Positions 8,016-15,553 of a stretch of 27,299 bases of DNA are shown piece after piece (position 1 is the first letter of the stretch; the number at the start of each line of letters is the position of its first letter). This DNA comes from an uncultured Gammaproteobacteria bacterium (GTDB lineage: Bacteria > Patescibacteriota > Patescibacteriia > SG8-24 > DYFX01): NCBI GenBank assembly GCA_964553975.1, contig CAZKMF010000122.1, positions 1-27,299 on the forward strand, given 5' to 3'. The notes under the pieces were generated by a model, which worked only from the letters and a program-made list of their open reading frames with translations, searched no databases and was not told where the DNA came from. Made by a program: the position numbers and the translations under genes.

Positions 8016-9353
8016 ATGGCGACCTTCACCAAAAGCTGGATTGGCTACGATCTGCCCGTCGACGCGATCGAATCGCACTCGGCAGTGCGCACGCTACGCG
8101 CGCAGGGGATCGAAAAGCGCGGCACGCGAGAGTTCCACCTTCTCTTGGCGTATTTTGATGCGATTGAAATCGAAACGCTCGGCGCGCTCTTGGCTCAAGC
8201 CGAAGCCGAAACGTCCTTTACGTTCGGCGAAACGCCGCTCGTCTTCGACGGCTACGGTTTGATCGATTCCCCGGCGGGAAAGTACGCCTACTTTTCTCCC
8301 GCGAGCGGTGGAGCGAAAGCGGCCGGTGAATTGAAAGCGCGCCTCGTCGCGTTACCTGCGTACGACGCCGCCAAAAACTGCCGCGACCTGCACGTCACGA
8401 TCGGCGGCGTCGATCCGCTTTCCGTCGACAAACCGAAACGTGGTCCGCTTAAGCAACCCTTCGAAGCGAAAGGGCGCTTGGCGTTCGTTGGTTTCGACGG
8501 CAAAACGTACCGCGTATTTTTTTGGAACTCGGCCTCGAAGACGTTCGTCGAGGAAAAACCGGTTGTTGAAGATTTGAAAATTGTCGTTGAGAAGCCGGTT
8601 GAAGAAAAGAAAATCGTGGTTGAAGAAAAACCCGCGGTTGTTGAGGAGAAAAAAACGATTGTCGAAGAGGTGAAAACGAAGGTTGAAGAAAAGCCTCAGA
8701 TCGTTGAAGTTGAAGACGCAAGTTTCGTTGTGCAAGAACAATCGCCGGTCGTTGAAGCGCCGAAGCCGATCGTTGAAGAAAAACCGGTTGTCGTCGAAGA
8801 AAAAAAACCAGAAGTGAAACTGGAAGAACCCAAGCCGGCTGAGCCGACGCCTGTAGCGGAAACGAAGCCGGTGCAGCCGTCAGCCCTCACAAAAACGCTG
8901 ATTCTGCCGACGAAGGTCATGCCGGATGCGGCCTGCGCCGTTTATTTGTTGCGTGCGTACGGTTCCAAGATTTTCCCGGGTGCCGCCGAAGCCGCGATTG
9001 TCTTCGCGCACGAAGTGCCTGCCGGAAAATCCGCCGAAGAGCTCGTCAAAGAGGGTGCGCTGTTCATTGAACGCCGCGGAGAATGCGCCTCGATGGCGTT
9101 CGCGAAAATGCTTTCCGTGGCCGAACGACCCGAACTCAAAAAGTTGCTCGCGTTCGCCAAGCGCGACTTTGAAAAGAAGGGGACGCTTTCCACTGATCCG
9201 CTCGATCGCACCTTCGGCCTGACGGGAGTCGCGATGATGATGAACCGCGTTTATTCCGACGATCCACGTGCTGTTTTGGAATTTTTAGTGTCCGTCTTTG
9301 AAGCCCACGTCTACGACGAAATCCGCCGCCCTGCCGAACCCCGCCAGGCTTGA
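8016..9353 (+). CDS. hypothetical multidomain protein: 2H-phosphoesterase-like domain, P/E/V/K-rich linker, degenerate DHH/MYG1-like C-terminal domain
   Basis: His motifs FHLLLAYF (H41) and LHVTIGG (H126) are 85 aa apart, as in 2H enzymes. About 110 aa of VEEK-rich linker follow. The C-terminus LPTKVMPDAACAVYLLR...KGTLSTDPLDRTFGL resembles a DHH-like family I recall from Parcubacteria. Confidence 0.6.
   Translation: MATFTKSWIGYDLPVDAIESHSAVRTLRAQGIEKRGTREFHLLLAYFDAIEIETLGALLAQAEAETSFTFGETPLVFDGYGLIDSPAGKYAYFSPASGGAKAAGELKARLVALPAYDAAKNCRDLHVTIGGVDPLSVDKPKRGPLKQPFEAKGRLAFVGFDGKTYRVFFWNSASKTFVEEKPVVEDLKIVVEKPVEEKKIVVEEKPAVVEEKKTIVEEVKTKVEEKPQIVEVEDASFVVQEQSPVVEAPKPIVEEKPVVVEEKKPEVKLEEPKPAEPTPVAETKPVQPSALTKTLILPTKVMPDAACAVYLLRAYGSKIFPGAAEAAIVFAHEVPAGKSAEELVKEGALFIERRGECASMAFAKMLSVAERPELKKLLAFAKRDFEKKGTLSTDPLDRTFGLTGVAMMMNRVYSDDPRAVLEFLVSVFEAHVYDEIRRPAEPRQA
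8547..8880 (+). repeat. degenerate coding repeat (V)VEEK(P/K), titin-PEVK-like low complexity
   Basis: Recurrent GTTGAAGAAAA-like units encode VEEKPVVEDLKIVVEKPVEEKKIVVEEKPAVVEEKK... Confidence 0.85.
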
Positions 9354-9378
9354 CAAAAGCCTGTTTTTGTGCTATCTT
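9350..9378 (+). promoter_or_regulatory. strong promoter TTGACA-N17-TATCTT (extended -10 TGc); the -35 contains the stop codon of the upstream gene
   Basis: Read directly. TGA 9351-9353 lies inside TTGACA. Confidence 0.85.
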
Positions 9379-9450
9379 GTACGGTCATGCGAGCATCCCG
9401 CTCGCCGCTGACACGTCACGCACCCCCGCCCGTTTTCAAGGAGGATTTCG

Positions 9451-10515
9451 ATGGGAACTCGCAGCCTGTTCGTTGGTGATCTCGAGGCCGTGAACTTCGA
9501 CAAGGTGTCTCTCATGACCGTGCACCTCGTGCACGTGCTGAAGGCTTCGCTGAACGAGATCGAGATCGTCACCACCCCCACCGCCGAGACGTTCGACGTC
9601 GACGCCTTCTTCAACCGCGAGTGGCCGGAGCACCGGCGCTCGATGACCGAGGTCTACGCGCGCGAGCACGGGCTCGGTTCGACCGACGCTTCGGGGATCG
9701 CGCTCGTCACGAGCGAGATCCGCGGCCTGCCCTCCCTCTGCTACGCGCTGGCCAAGAACCACGGCAAGGTCAAGGGCATCAGCGGCGGCCACCTCTACCA
9801 GAAGGGGCTCGTCCCGAACGTCGCCCGCAACCTGCCGCTCCTGAAGGACGAGGCGCCGGCGCTCATCCTCAAGCTGATCAAGGCGATCGCCTCGATCCTG
9901 CGCGAGGAGGACTTCGAGGACAAGCTCTTCGCTCTCTCCACCACCAAGGAGTGGACGGCGATCTCCGATCGCCTCAGCCGCGCCGAGCAGGCCGTGTACA
10001 CCATGGCCCGCAAGATGGCGGTCGAGCTGCAGGCCAACGGCGAGTGCGAAGGCGCGCACCTCTTCAACCTGAAGAACGGGCGCGCTGGCGAGCTCGGTCT
10101 CTTCCTCGAGACCCGGGACCCGAACCTGATGAAGCACATGTGGGCGGCGCTCAACACGCTCCAGACGCCCGTCGCGGTCGCGCTCGTGTGCCACCCGGAC
10201 ACGGGCCGCGTCGCGATCCTCACCGCGAAGAACTTCGGGGTCAACCTGAAGCCGGTCGCGGACGTGTGTGCGACGAGCTGGAAGGGCGCGAAGTTCGACT
10301 TCAACGCCTCGTCCAACCGCCTGATCTGGGATCCGCGCTTCACCAAGGAGCGCGGCCCGACTCCGGCGGAGCTCAAGTCGGTCGTGACGCTCCACGTCAC
10401 GACCCGCGCCCCGCAGCACCGCGCGACGTTCCAGCAGGCCCCGACCGGCATGAGGGCGTCGATCGGCGACCTCATGAAGGCCAAGGGCCCCGTGGTCGTC
10501 ACCAAGCGCAGCTAG
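9451..10515 (+). CDS. hypothetical protein, possibly a degenerate DHH/DHHA-like paralogue
   Basis: AAGGAGG SD and extreme GC3 codon bias support coding. The C-terminal VAVALVCHPDTGRVAILTAKNFGVNLKPVA resembles a DHHA-type lobe. No DHH triad is present. Confidence 0.6.
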   Translation: MGTRSLFVGDLEAVNFDKVSLMTVHLVHVLKASLNEIEIVTTPTAETFDVDAFFNREWPEHRRSMTEVYAREHGLGSTDASGIALVTSEIRGLPSLCYALAKNHGKVKGISGGHLYQKGLVPNVARNLPLLKDEAPALILKLIKAIASILREEDFEDKLFALSTTKEWTAISDRLSRAEQAVYTMARKMAVELQANGECEGAHLFNLKNGRAGELGLFLETRDPNLMKHMWAALNTLQTPVAVALVCHPDTGRVAILTAKNFGVNLKPVADVCATSWKGAKFDFNASSNRLIWDPRFTKERGPTPAELKSVVTLHVTTRAPQHRATFQQAPTGMRASIGDLMKAKGPVVVTKRS

Positions 10516-10541
10516 AGCTGCGCGACTCAGTCGGAACACAG

Positions 10542-10578
10542 CGCCCTCCCGAAACTCTTCGGGAGGGCGTTTACTTTT
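10542..10578 (+). terminator. intrinsic terminator of the 9451 gene
   Basis: CGCCCTCCCGAA-actc-TTCGGGAGGGCG followed by TTTACTTTT. Confidence 0.85.
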
Positions 10579-11137
10579 ATCGATTATAGACGTTCATCGC
10601 TTTCTGCGGCCCGTCTTTGAGCGAGGCTTCAACTCCATCGGCGGCGCGGAAGATCATTTCATTCACCGCTTCGCGTTCGTCGGGGTTGAATGGCTGCACG
10701 ACGTAGTCTTCGATCGGAAGCGGTGTCGAGGGACGACCGATGCCGAGTCGGAAACGGATGAAGTCGGGCGTGCCGAGTCGTTCAATGATCGATCCGACGC
10801 CGTTGTGTCCGCCGGAAGAACCGCCTTCACGCAAGCGCAGTCGTCCGAGCGGCAGATCGAGGTCGTCGTGCAGTACCCAGATGCGCGACGCGGGAATTTT
10901 GTAGAAGCTCGCGCAGGCGGCCACCGAAGCGCCAGAAATATTCATGTACGTCTGCGGCTTGAGGAGCAGAATTTTTTCGCCGGACACGCTGCCTTTGACG
11001 AGCTCGCCTTGGAACGCCGTATCAAAATGATCGAGCTTCCAGCGCTCAGCCAAAAGATCGGCCACGCGGAATCCCACGTTGTGCCGCGTCTTCTCGTATT
11101 TCTTTCCGGGATTGCCGAGTCCGACGATGAGGAGCAT
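10577..11137 (-). CDS. pth: peptidyl-tRNA hydrolase
   Basis: LIVGLGNPG, TRHNVGF, KPQTYMNISG, HDDLDL, GGHNGV, RFRLGIGRP. Confidence 0.98.
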   Translation of the reverse strand: MLLIVGLGNPGKKYEKTRHNVGFRVADLLAERWKLDHFDTAFQGELVKGSVSGEKILLLKPQTYMNISGASVAACASFYKIPASRIWVLHDDLDLPLGRLRLREGGSSGGHNGVGSIIERLGTPDFIRFRLGIGRPSTPLPIEDYVVQPFNPDEREAVNEMIFRAADGVEASLKDGPQKAMNVYNR

Positions 11138-11146
11138 AGCCCTCGT

Positions 11147-11175
11147 ATTTTACCCGAAAGCGCGCTCGGTGTCTG
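11147..11175 (-). promoter_or_regulatory. pth promoter CAGACA-N17-TAAAAT
   Basis: Near-consensus -10 lies 9 nt before the ATG. The -35 is weak. Confidence 0.55.
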
Positions 11176-11187
11176 TAACGGCGCTTC

Positions 11188-11217
11188 TTGACATTGAAGC
11201 ATTTTTGCGTGTACGGT
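11188..11217 (+). promoter_or_regulatory. promoter TTGACA-N18-TACGGT for the HAD gene
   Basis: Read directly. Followed by GGAGG SD before ATG 11240. Confidence 0.6.
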
Positions 11218-11239
11218 TGCTCGGCACTTGGAGGTGCAC

Positions 11240-11800
11240 ATGCCCTTTACGTCATTGAATACGCTCAACAAAGCGGTCTTCATCGATCGCGACGGCGTCG
11301 TGAACGAGCTGGTCGATCGCGGCGACAACTTCTTCGTGGCCGGCAAACTGATCCGCTGGACGGCGCCGTGGCGCTTGGAGGAGTTGCGCGTCTACTCCGA
11401 CGCCAAGGCAGCCATCGCCCTGATGAAGGAGAAGGGCTACCTGACGATCCTCGTCACCAACCAACCCGACATTGCGACGGGCAACATGAAGTCGCAGGAC
11501 TTCGCGCTCATCACGCGCGCGATCAAGGCCTTGTCGCTCGACGCGGTCTATGCCTGCTTGCATCATCCGAAGCGCGGCTGCTTCTGTCACAAGCCTGCAC
11601 CGGGGTTGCTCTACGCCGCCGGCGTCGCCTATTCGGTCGATCCGCAGCTCTCCTACATGATCGGCGACAGGGAGACCGACGTGGAGGCTGGCAAGGCCGC
11701 CGGCGTCCGCACCATCCGGGTGACCGAATCGGACGACGTCGTGACCGCCGCCGATCACCGCGTCCGCGGCATCATGGAAGCGGCGCTGCTGCTGCCATGA
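11240..11800 (+). CDS. HAD-IIIA phosphatase, GmhB/HisB-N (heptose-bisphosphate/histidinol-phosphate phosphatase) family
   Basis: FIDRDGVVN, VTNQ, Zn site CLHHPKRGCFCHKPAPG, MIGDRETDVEAG. Substrate cannot be determined from sequence. Confidence 0.85.
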   Translation: MPFTSLNTLNKAVFIDRDGVVNELVDRGDNFFVAGKLIRWTAPWRLEELRVYSDAKAAIALMKEKGYLTILVTNQPDIATGNMKSQDFALITRAIKALSLDAVYACLHHPKRGCFCHKPAPGLLYAAGVAYSVDPQLSYMIGDRETDVEAGKAAGVRTIRVTESDDVVTAADHRVRGIMEAALLLP

Positions 11801-11806
11801 ACCACG

Positions 11807-11838
11807 AAACCGTCGGGTCCTCCGGCGGTTTTTCTTTC
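11807..11838 (+). terminator. terminator of the HAD gene
   Basis: AAACCGTCGG-gtcct-CCGGCGGTTT followed by TTCTTTC. Confidence 0.75.
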
Positions 11839-11841
11839 GTC

Positions 11842-11872
11842 AAAAACATCCGTCTCGCGACGGATGTTTTTT
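11842..11872 (-). terminator. terminator of der (second hairpin of a tandem pair)
   Basis: Minus strand AAAAACATCCGTC-GCGA-GACGGATGTTTTT (GNRA loop). Confidence 0.85.
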
Positions 11873-11880
11873 GTTCGACG

Positions 11881-13254
11881 TTACTTTTCGATTTCGCGAT
11901 AGCTGACCGTGACCGGCGTGCCGTCGAGGCCGAACTCTTCGCGCAGGCGGTTTTCGACGAAGCGCGTCAGGCTCGGGTCGGTAAAGTTTTTGTCTTTGAC
12001 GATCATCGTGAACTTCGGCGGGGCGTGTTGCGTCTGGCGGATACCGTAGACGTAGGCGTGTTTGCGCGCTTGGCCCATCGCCGTCTTGTGGTGCGAGATG
12101 CGCGAGGCGAGATAGGGTTTGACGCGTTTCTCGACGAAACGATCAAGCTCTTCTTCCGTCAAAATGCGCTCGCGGTTCTGCTTCACTTTGAGTACGAGAT
12201 CGAGCAGCGTGTGGACGCGCATGCCGGTCTTGGCCGAGACGAAGGCCATCGGCGCCCAGCGCAGGAAGGGGAGCGACATGTAGATTTCCTCGCGGGCCTC
12301 GTCGCCGGTTTTCGTCGTTTTGGCGGAGAGGGTATCCCACTTGTTGAGGACGAGGATGATGCCTTTGCCGGATTCGTTCGCGAGTCCGGCCAAGTGGCTG
12401 TCCTGCGCCAGGATGCCGTCCTGCACGTCGATGACGAGCAATACGACGTCGGCTTGCTTGATCGCCGTCAGACTCTTGCCGACGGAAGCTGCTTCGAGAC
12501 CGCGCTCAATGTTGGCACGCTTCCTGATACCGGCCGTGTCGACGACGAGAATCGGTTTGTCTTTGTAGAAGAGAAGCGTGTCTTGGGGCTCGCGCGTCGT
12601 GTGCGGCACTTCCGAAACGATGACGCGATCTTCGCCGATCATGGCGTTCAAGAGCGATGATTTGCCGACGTTCGGACGACCGATCAAGGCGACGGTCGCG
12701 TCCGGCATGATTTCGTCGAGCGGCAGGTCGATCTTCGTCAGTTCTTCGAACACGCGGTCGAGCAAGTCGCCGGTACCGGTGCCACTCACGGCCGAGACGG
12801 CGATTGGATCGCCGAAGCCCAGCTTCTTCCACTGGTTGCCGATGTCGCGGCGCGTCGCGGCGCTTTCCGCTTTGTTGACGACGAGGATGACGGGTTTGCC
12901 CGCTTTGCGCAGCTCTTTCGCGAGCACGACGTCAGTCGAAAGCGGTCCGGTCAAGGCATCGGCGACAAAAAGAATCACGTGCGACTTACGGGCCGCGCGG
13001 AGTGCTTGCTTGCGGACGTTTACTTCAATCTGATCGCGTTTGACGATGTCGAGACCGCCCGTGTCGAGCAGGGTCAGAAGCTGACCGCGCCAGCGTGCCA
13101 TGCCGATGCCGACGTCGCGCGTCGTGCCGGGGATATCGGAAACGAGCGCCTGTTCTTTTTCGATCAGGCGGTTGAAGAGCGAAGATTTGCCGACGTTCTT
13201 GCGGCCGACGAGCGCGACCGAAGGCGTGGCGTGGACTGTGGCGTTGACGGGCAT
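11881..13254 (-). CDS. der: ribosome biogenesis GTPase Der (EngA)
   Basis: Two tandem G domains (GRKNVGKSS/DTGG/NKAE and GRPNVGKSS/DTAG/NKWD) plus a KH-like C-terminus (ENRLREEFGLDGTPV). Confidence 0.97.
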   Translation of the reverse strand: MPVNATVHATPSVALVGRKNVGKSSLFNRLIEKEQALVSDIPGTTRDVGIGMARWRGQLLTLLDTGGLDIVKRDQIEVNVRKQALRAARKSHVILFVADALTGPLSTDVVLAKELRKAGKPVILVVNKAESAATRRDIGNQWKKLGFGDPIAVSAVSGTGTGDLLDRVFEELTKIDLPLDEIMPDATVALIGRPNVGKSSLLNAMIGEDRVIVSEVPHTTREPQDTLLFYKDKPILVVDTAGIRKRANIERGLEAASVGKSLTAIKQADVVLLVIDVQDGILAQDSHLAGLANESGKGIILVLNKWDTLSAKTTKTGDEAREEIYMSLPFLRWAPMAFVSAKTGMRVHTLLDLVLKVKQNRERILTEEELDRFVEKRVKPYLASRISHHKTAMGQARKHAYVYGIRQTQHAPPKFTMIVKDKNFTDPSLTRFVENRLREEFGLDGTPVTVSYREIEK

Positions 13255-13255
13255 A

Positions 13256-14716
13256 TTAGTTTGCGGCGTTTTGACCGAGGACGACGAGGAAATCGGCTCC
13301 GCCCTGGACTTGCGGTTGCTGGCTGTTGGACAGCGCGATATTCGACGGCGTGAGTCCTGAGGAGAGGTAACCGGGCAGCGTCACCGCCACTTCGGCACCG
13401 AGCAGATTTTTGATCGTCTGCAGTTCCTCGGGATACCCTCCGTTGGTTAAATCATACACGATCGTGCGTTCGCGGTTCGTTTCTTTGGCGTTGCCGATCG
13501 AAACGACTTGGTAGCCGACTTTCGAAAGGAGGTCCTGTGTTTTCTTGGCGAGACCGGGGAGTTTTGTGCTGTTACGAATCTCGACGCGCACGGCGCGCGC
13601 TTCGGCTGGTGTCGGTGCGGCTCCGTCCGTAGGCGCTTCGAGCACGCGTTCGGCGAGGCGTTTGATGTCGCTCCAGTCGCCTTTGCGCGGAAGCAAGACA
13701 TACGCGTCGCCGTTCGATACGGTCACGGTCGTCGCGTAGAGCGGACCTTCCGGATTGTCGTCGAGAACGTGATGCGTGATTTTCGTGTGATCGATGTGCC
13801 GCAGTTCTTTGGCGAGCTTCACGATCTCCCAAAGTTCCATGTCGGTGATGACGTGCGTCTGCAGCGTCTCGAGCACGCTCGCGACGCGCGAAGGATTGAG
13901 CAGCGTGTCGAACGACACGAGTTTGTCCTTGAGCGCCATGATGACTTTCTGCTGGCGGCGGCTGCGCGCGAAGTCGGAACCTTCGAGGTTGTTGCCGTGG
14001 CGCGAACGCACGTATTCAAGCGCCGTGTCGCCGTTCATCGTCTGCCAACCCTTTTCAAAATGGACCTTTTTGTAGAGGTTATTATCCGTGGGGTAGGCAA
14101 AGTCCGTGAAGGTGCGCTCGACGTCGACGGTCACGCCACCAACATCGTCAATCAACGTCTTGAACGCCGAAAAATCGACGCGGACGTAATAATCGATCGG
14201 CTGGCTGAGGAGCGAAGAGATGGCGGTTGCCGCCGCGACGCCGCCGTTGCCCGGTTTCTTTTCTTCGGCGTAGGCGTTGATCGCGTTGATTTTTCCTTGT
14301 CCACCCTCCGGCAGCGGAATCCACAAGTCGCGGGGGAGTGAAAGGATGCCGACTTCGGAGGTTGACGGTTTGATGCTCACGAACAAAATCGTGTCGGTGA
14401 GATGCGGACCGTCGTGTCCTTCGCCGCCTTCGCCGAGCACGAGGATGTTGATACGATCGCGCTCTTCGCCGTGGAGTTGTTTTTCTGACGTGCCGACCAA
14501 ACGGCGCACTTGATCGAGGATGGAAACTTTCCGATCCTCCGGCGCGTTCGGATTCAGGGCCGACGCGGCGCTGATCAAGCGTCCGGCCGCGAGCGAAAAG
14601 AGGACGGGAACGAGCACAACGACCGTCGCGAGCCCGATCAACGCACCCTTCCAAAACGAAAAACGCCGACGCGGAGCGGCGCCCGGATCCAGCAAGTTGA
14701 TCTTGGGGGGCTTCAT
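13256..14716 (-). CDS. LCP (LytR-CpsA-Psr) family glycopolymer transferase with C-terminal LytR_C domain
   Basis: N-terminal TM, INILVLG, TDTILFVSI, SLPRDLW, KINA, ALEYVRSRH, DFARSRRQQKV, C-terminal VEIRNSTKLPGLA. Start moved to ATG 14716. Stop is 1 nt from the der ATG. Confidence 0.93.
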   Translation of the reverse strand: MKPPKINLLDPGAAPRRRFSFWKGALIGLATVVVLVPVLFSLAAGRLISAASALNPNAPEDRKVSILDQVRRLVGTSEKQLHGEERDRINILVLGEGGEGHDGPHLTDTILFVSIKPSTSEVGILSLPRDLWIPLPEGGQGKINAINAYAEEKKPGNGGVAAATAISSLLSQPIDYYVRVDFSAFKTLIDDVGGVTVDVERTFTDFAYPTDNNLYKKVHFEKGWQTMNGDTALEYVRSRHGNNLEGSDFARSRRQQKVIMALKDKLVSFDTLLNPSRVASVLETLQTHVITDMELWEIVKLAKELRHIDHTKITHHVLDDNPEGPLYATTVTVSNGDAYVLLPRKGDWSDIKRLAERVLEAPTDGAAPTPAEARAVRVEIRNSTKLPGLAKKTQDLLSKVGYQVVSIGNAKETNRERTIVYDLTNGGYPEELQTIKNLLGAEVAVTLPGYLSSGLTPSNIALSNSQQPQVQGGADFLVVLGQNAAN

Positions 14717-14722
14717 GGGGAC

Positions 14723-14751
14723 TTGCTCAGGGGCGAAAAGCCTGCTAAACT
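14723..14751 (+). promoter_or_regulatory. candidate promoter TTGCTC-N17-TAAACT for tRNA-Val-lepB-hisS
   Basis: Extended -10 (TGc). A second candidate -10, TATACT, is at 14766-14771. Confidence 0.5.
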
Positions 14752-14766
14752 GGCCACTACCCGTGT

Positions 14767-14795
14767 ATACTAGAGGAAAAGGGGCGGTTTGTCCA
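14767..14795 (-). promoter_or_regulatory. candidate LCP-der promoter TGGACA-N17-TAGTAT
   Basis: Read directly. It faces and overlaps the plus-strand promoter region. Confidence 0.5.
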
Positions 14796-14819
14796 GGCGG
14801 CACATTCCTCGTTTTTTAA

Positions 14820-14896
14820 GGACGTTTGGCTCAGTTGGTTAGAGCGCTGTCTTCACACGACAGAGGTCGGTGGTTCGAATCCACCAACGTCCACCA
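14820..14896 (+). tRNA. tRNA-Val(CAC)
   Basis: GGACGTT/AACGTCC acceptor, anticodon arm CTGTC-TT-CAC-AC-GACAG, GTTCGAAT T-loop, encoded CCA; 77 nt. Confidence 0.97.
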
Positions 14897-14905
14897 TCCT
14901 CAACA

Positions 14906-15535
14906 ATGAATATCCCGTCCCAGAGCCCGTTGCCGGAAGAGACGAAGATCGCGGCCGAAGACCTGACCCCCGGCGACTCCCCGTCGTTTTTCGGCGCCGT
15001 TGCCCGCTTCGCGCTCGAGTTGGTTGAAATCATCGTCATTTCCCTGGCGATCATTTTGCCCATCCGCTACTTCCTGATCCAGCCGTTTTACGTCAAAGGC
15101 GCGTCGATGGAGCCGACGTTCGACGATCATGAATACCTGATCATCGACGAGCTCAGCTATCGCATGCGCGCGCCGGCGCGTCAGGAAGTCGTCGTCTTCC
15201 GCTACCCGCTCGACCCGCGCCAGTATTTCATCAAGCGCATCATCGGCTTGCCGGGGGAGACGGTCAGAATTTCCGGCGATCGCATCACGATCATGAATGC
15301 CGATCATCCCGACGGCATCCAGATCGACGAGAGCGCCTACCTTTCGCCCGATGTCCCGACGCGCGGCGACCGCACCGTGACCCTCGCCGCCGACGAATAC
15401 TTCGTCATGGGGGACAATCGCACCGCCAGTCTCGACTCCCGCACGTTCGGTCCTCTGCCCGCCAAACAAATCGTTGGACGCGTCTGGATCCGCGGTTGGC
15501 CTCTCGACCGCGCCACGGTGTTCCGAGCCCCATAA
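14906..15535 (+). CDS. lepB: signal peptidase I (S26)
   Basis: TM segment, then VKGASMEPT (catalytic Ser), YFIKRIIGLPGE (catalytic Lys), GDNRTASLDSR. Start ATG 14906. Confidence 0.95.
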   Translation: MNIPSQSPLPEETKIAAEDLTPGDSPSFFGAVARFALELVEIIVISLAIILPIRYFLIQPFYVKGASMEPTFDDHEYLIIDELSYRMRAPARQEVVVFRYPLDPRQYFIKRIIGLPGETVRISGDRITIMNADHPDGIQIDESAYLSPDVPTRGDRTVTLAADEYFVMGDNRTASLDSRTFGPLPAKQIVGRVWIRGWPLDRATVFRAP

Positions 15536-15553
15536 ATTGCCTTAATCGCCCGC

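Noticed and set aside
8547-8880. CRISPR-like or non-coding tandem array
   Set aside because: Units are degenerate, in frame and without unique spacers; this is a protein low-complexity linker.
12860-13254. Non-canonical Der GD1 motifs (GRKNVGKS, NKAE)
   Set aside because: G4 Asp-to-Glu and G1 variants occur in other Der proteins; not enough to claim altered specificity.
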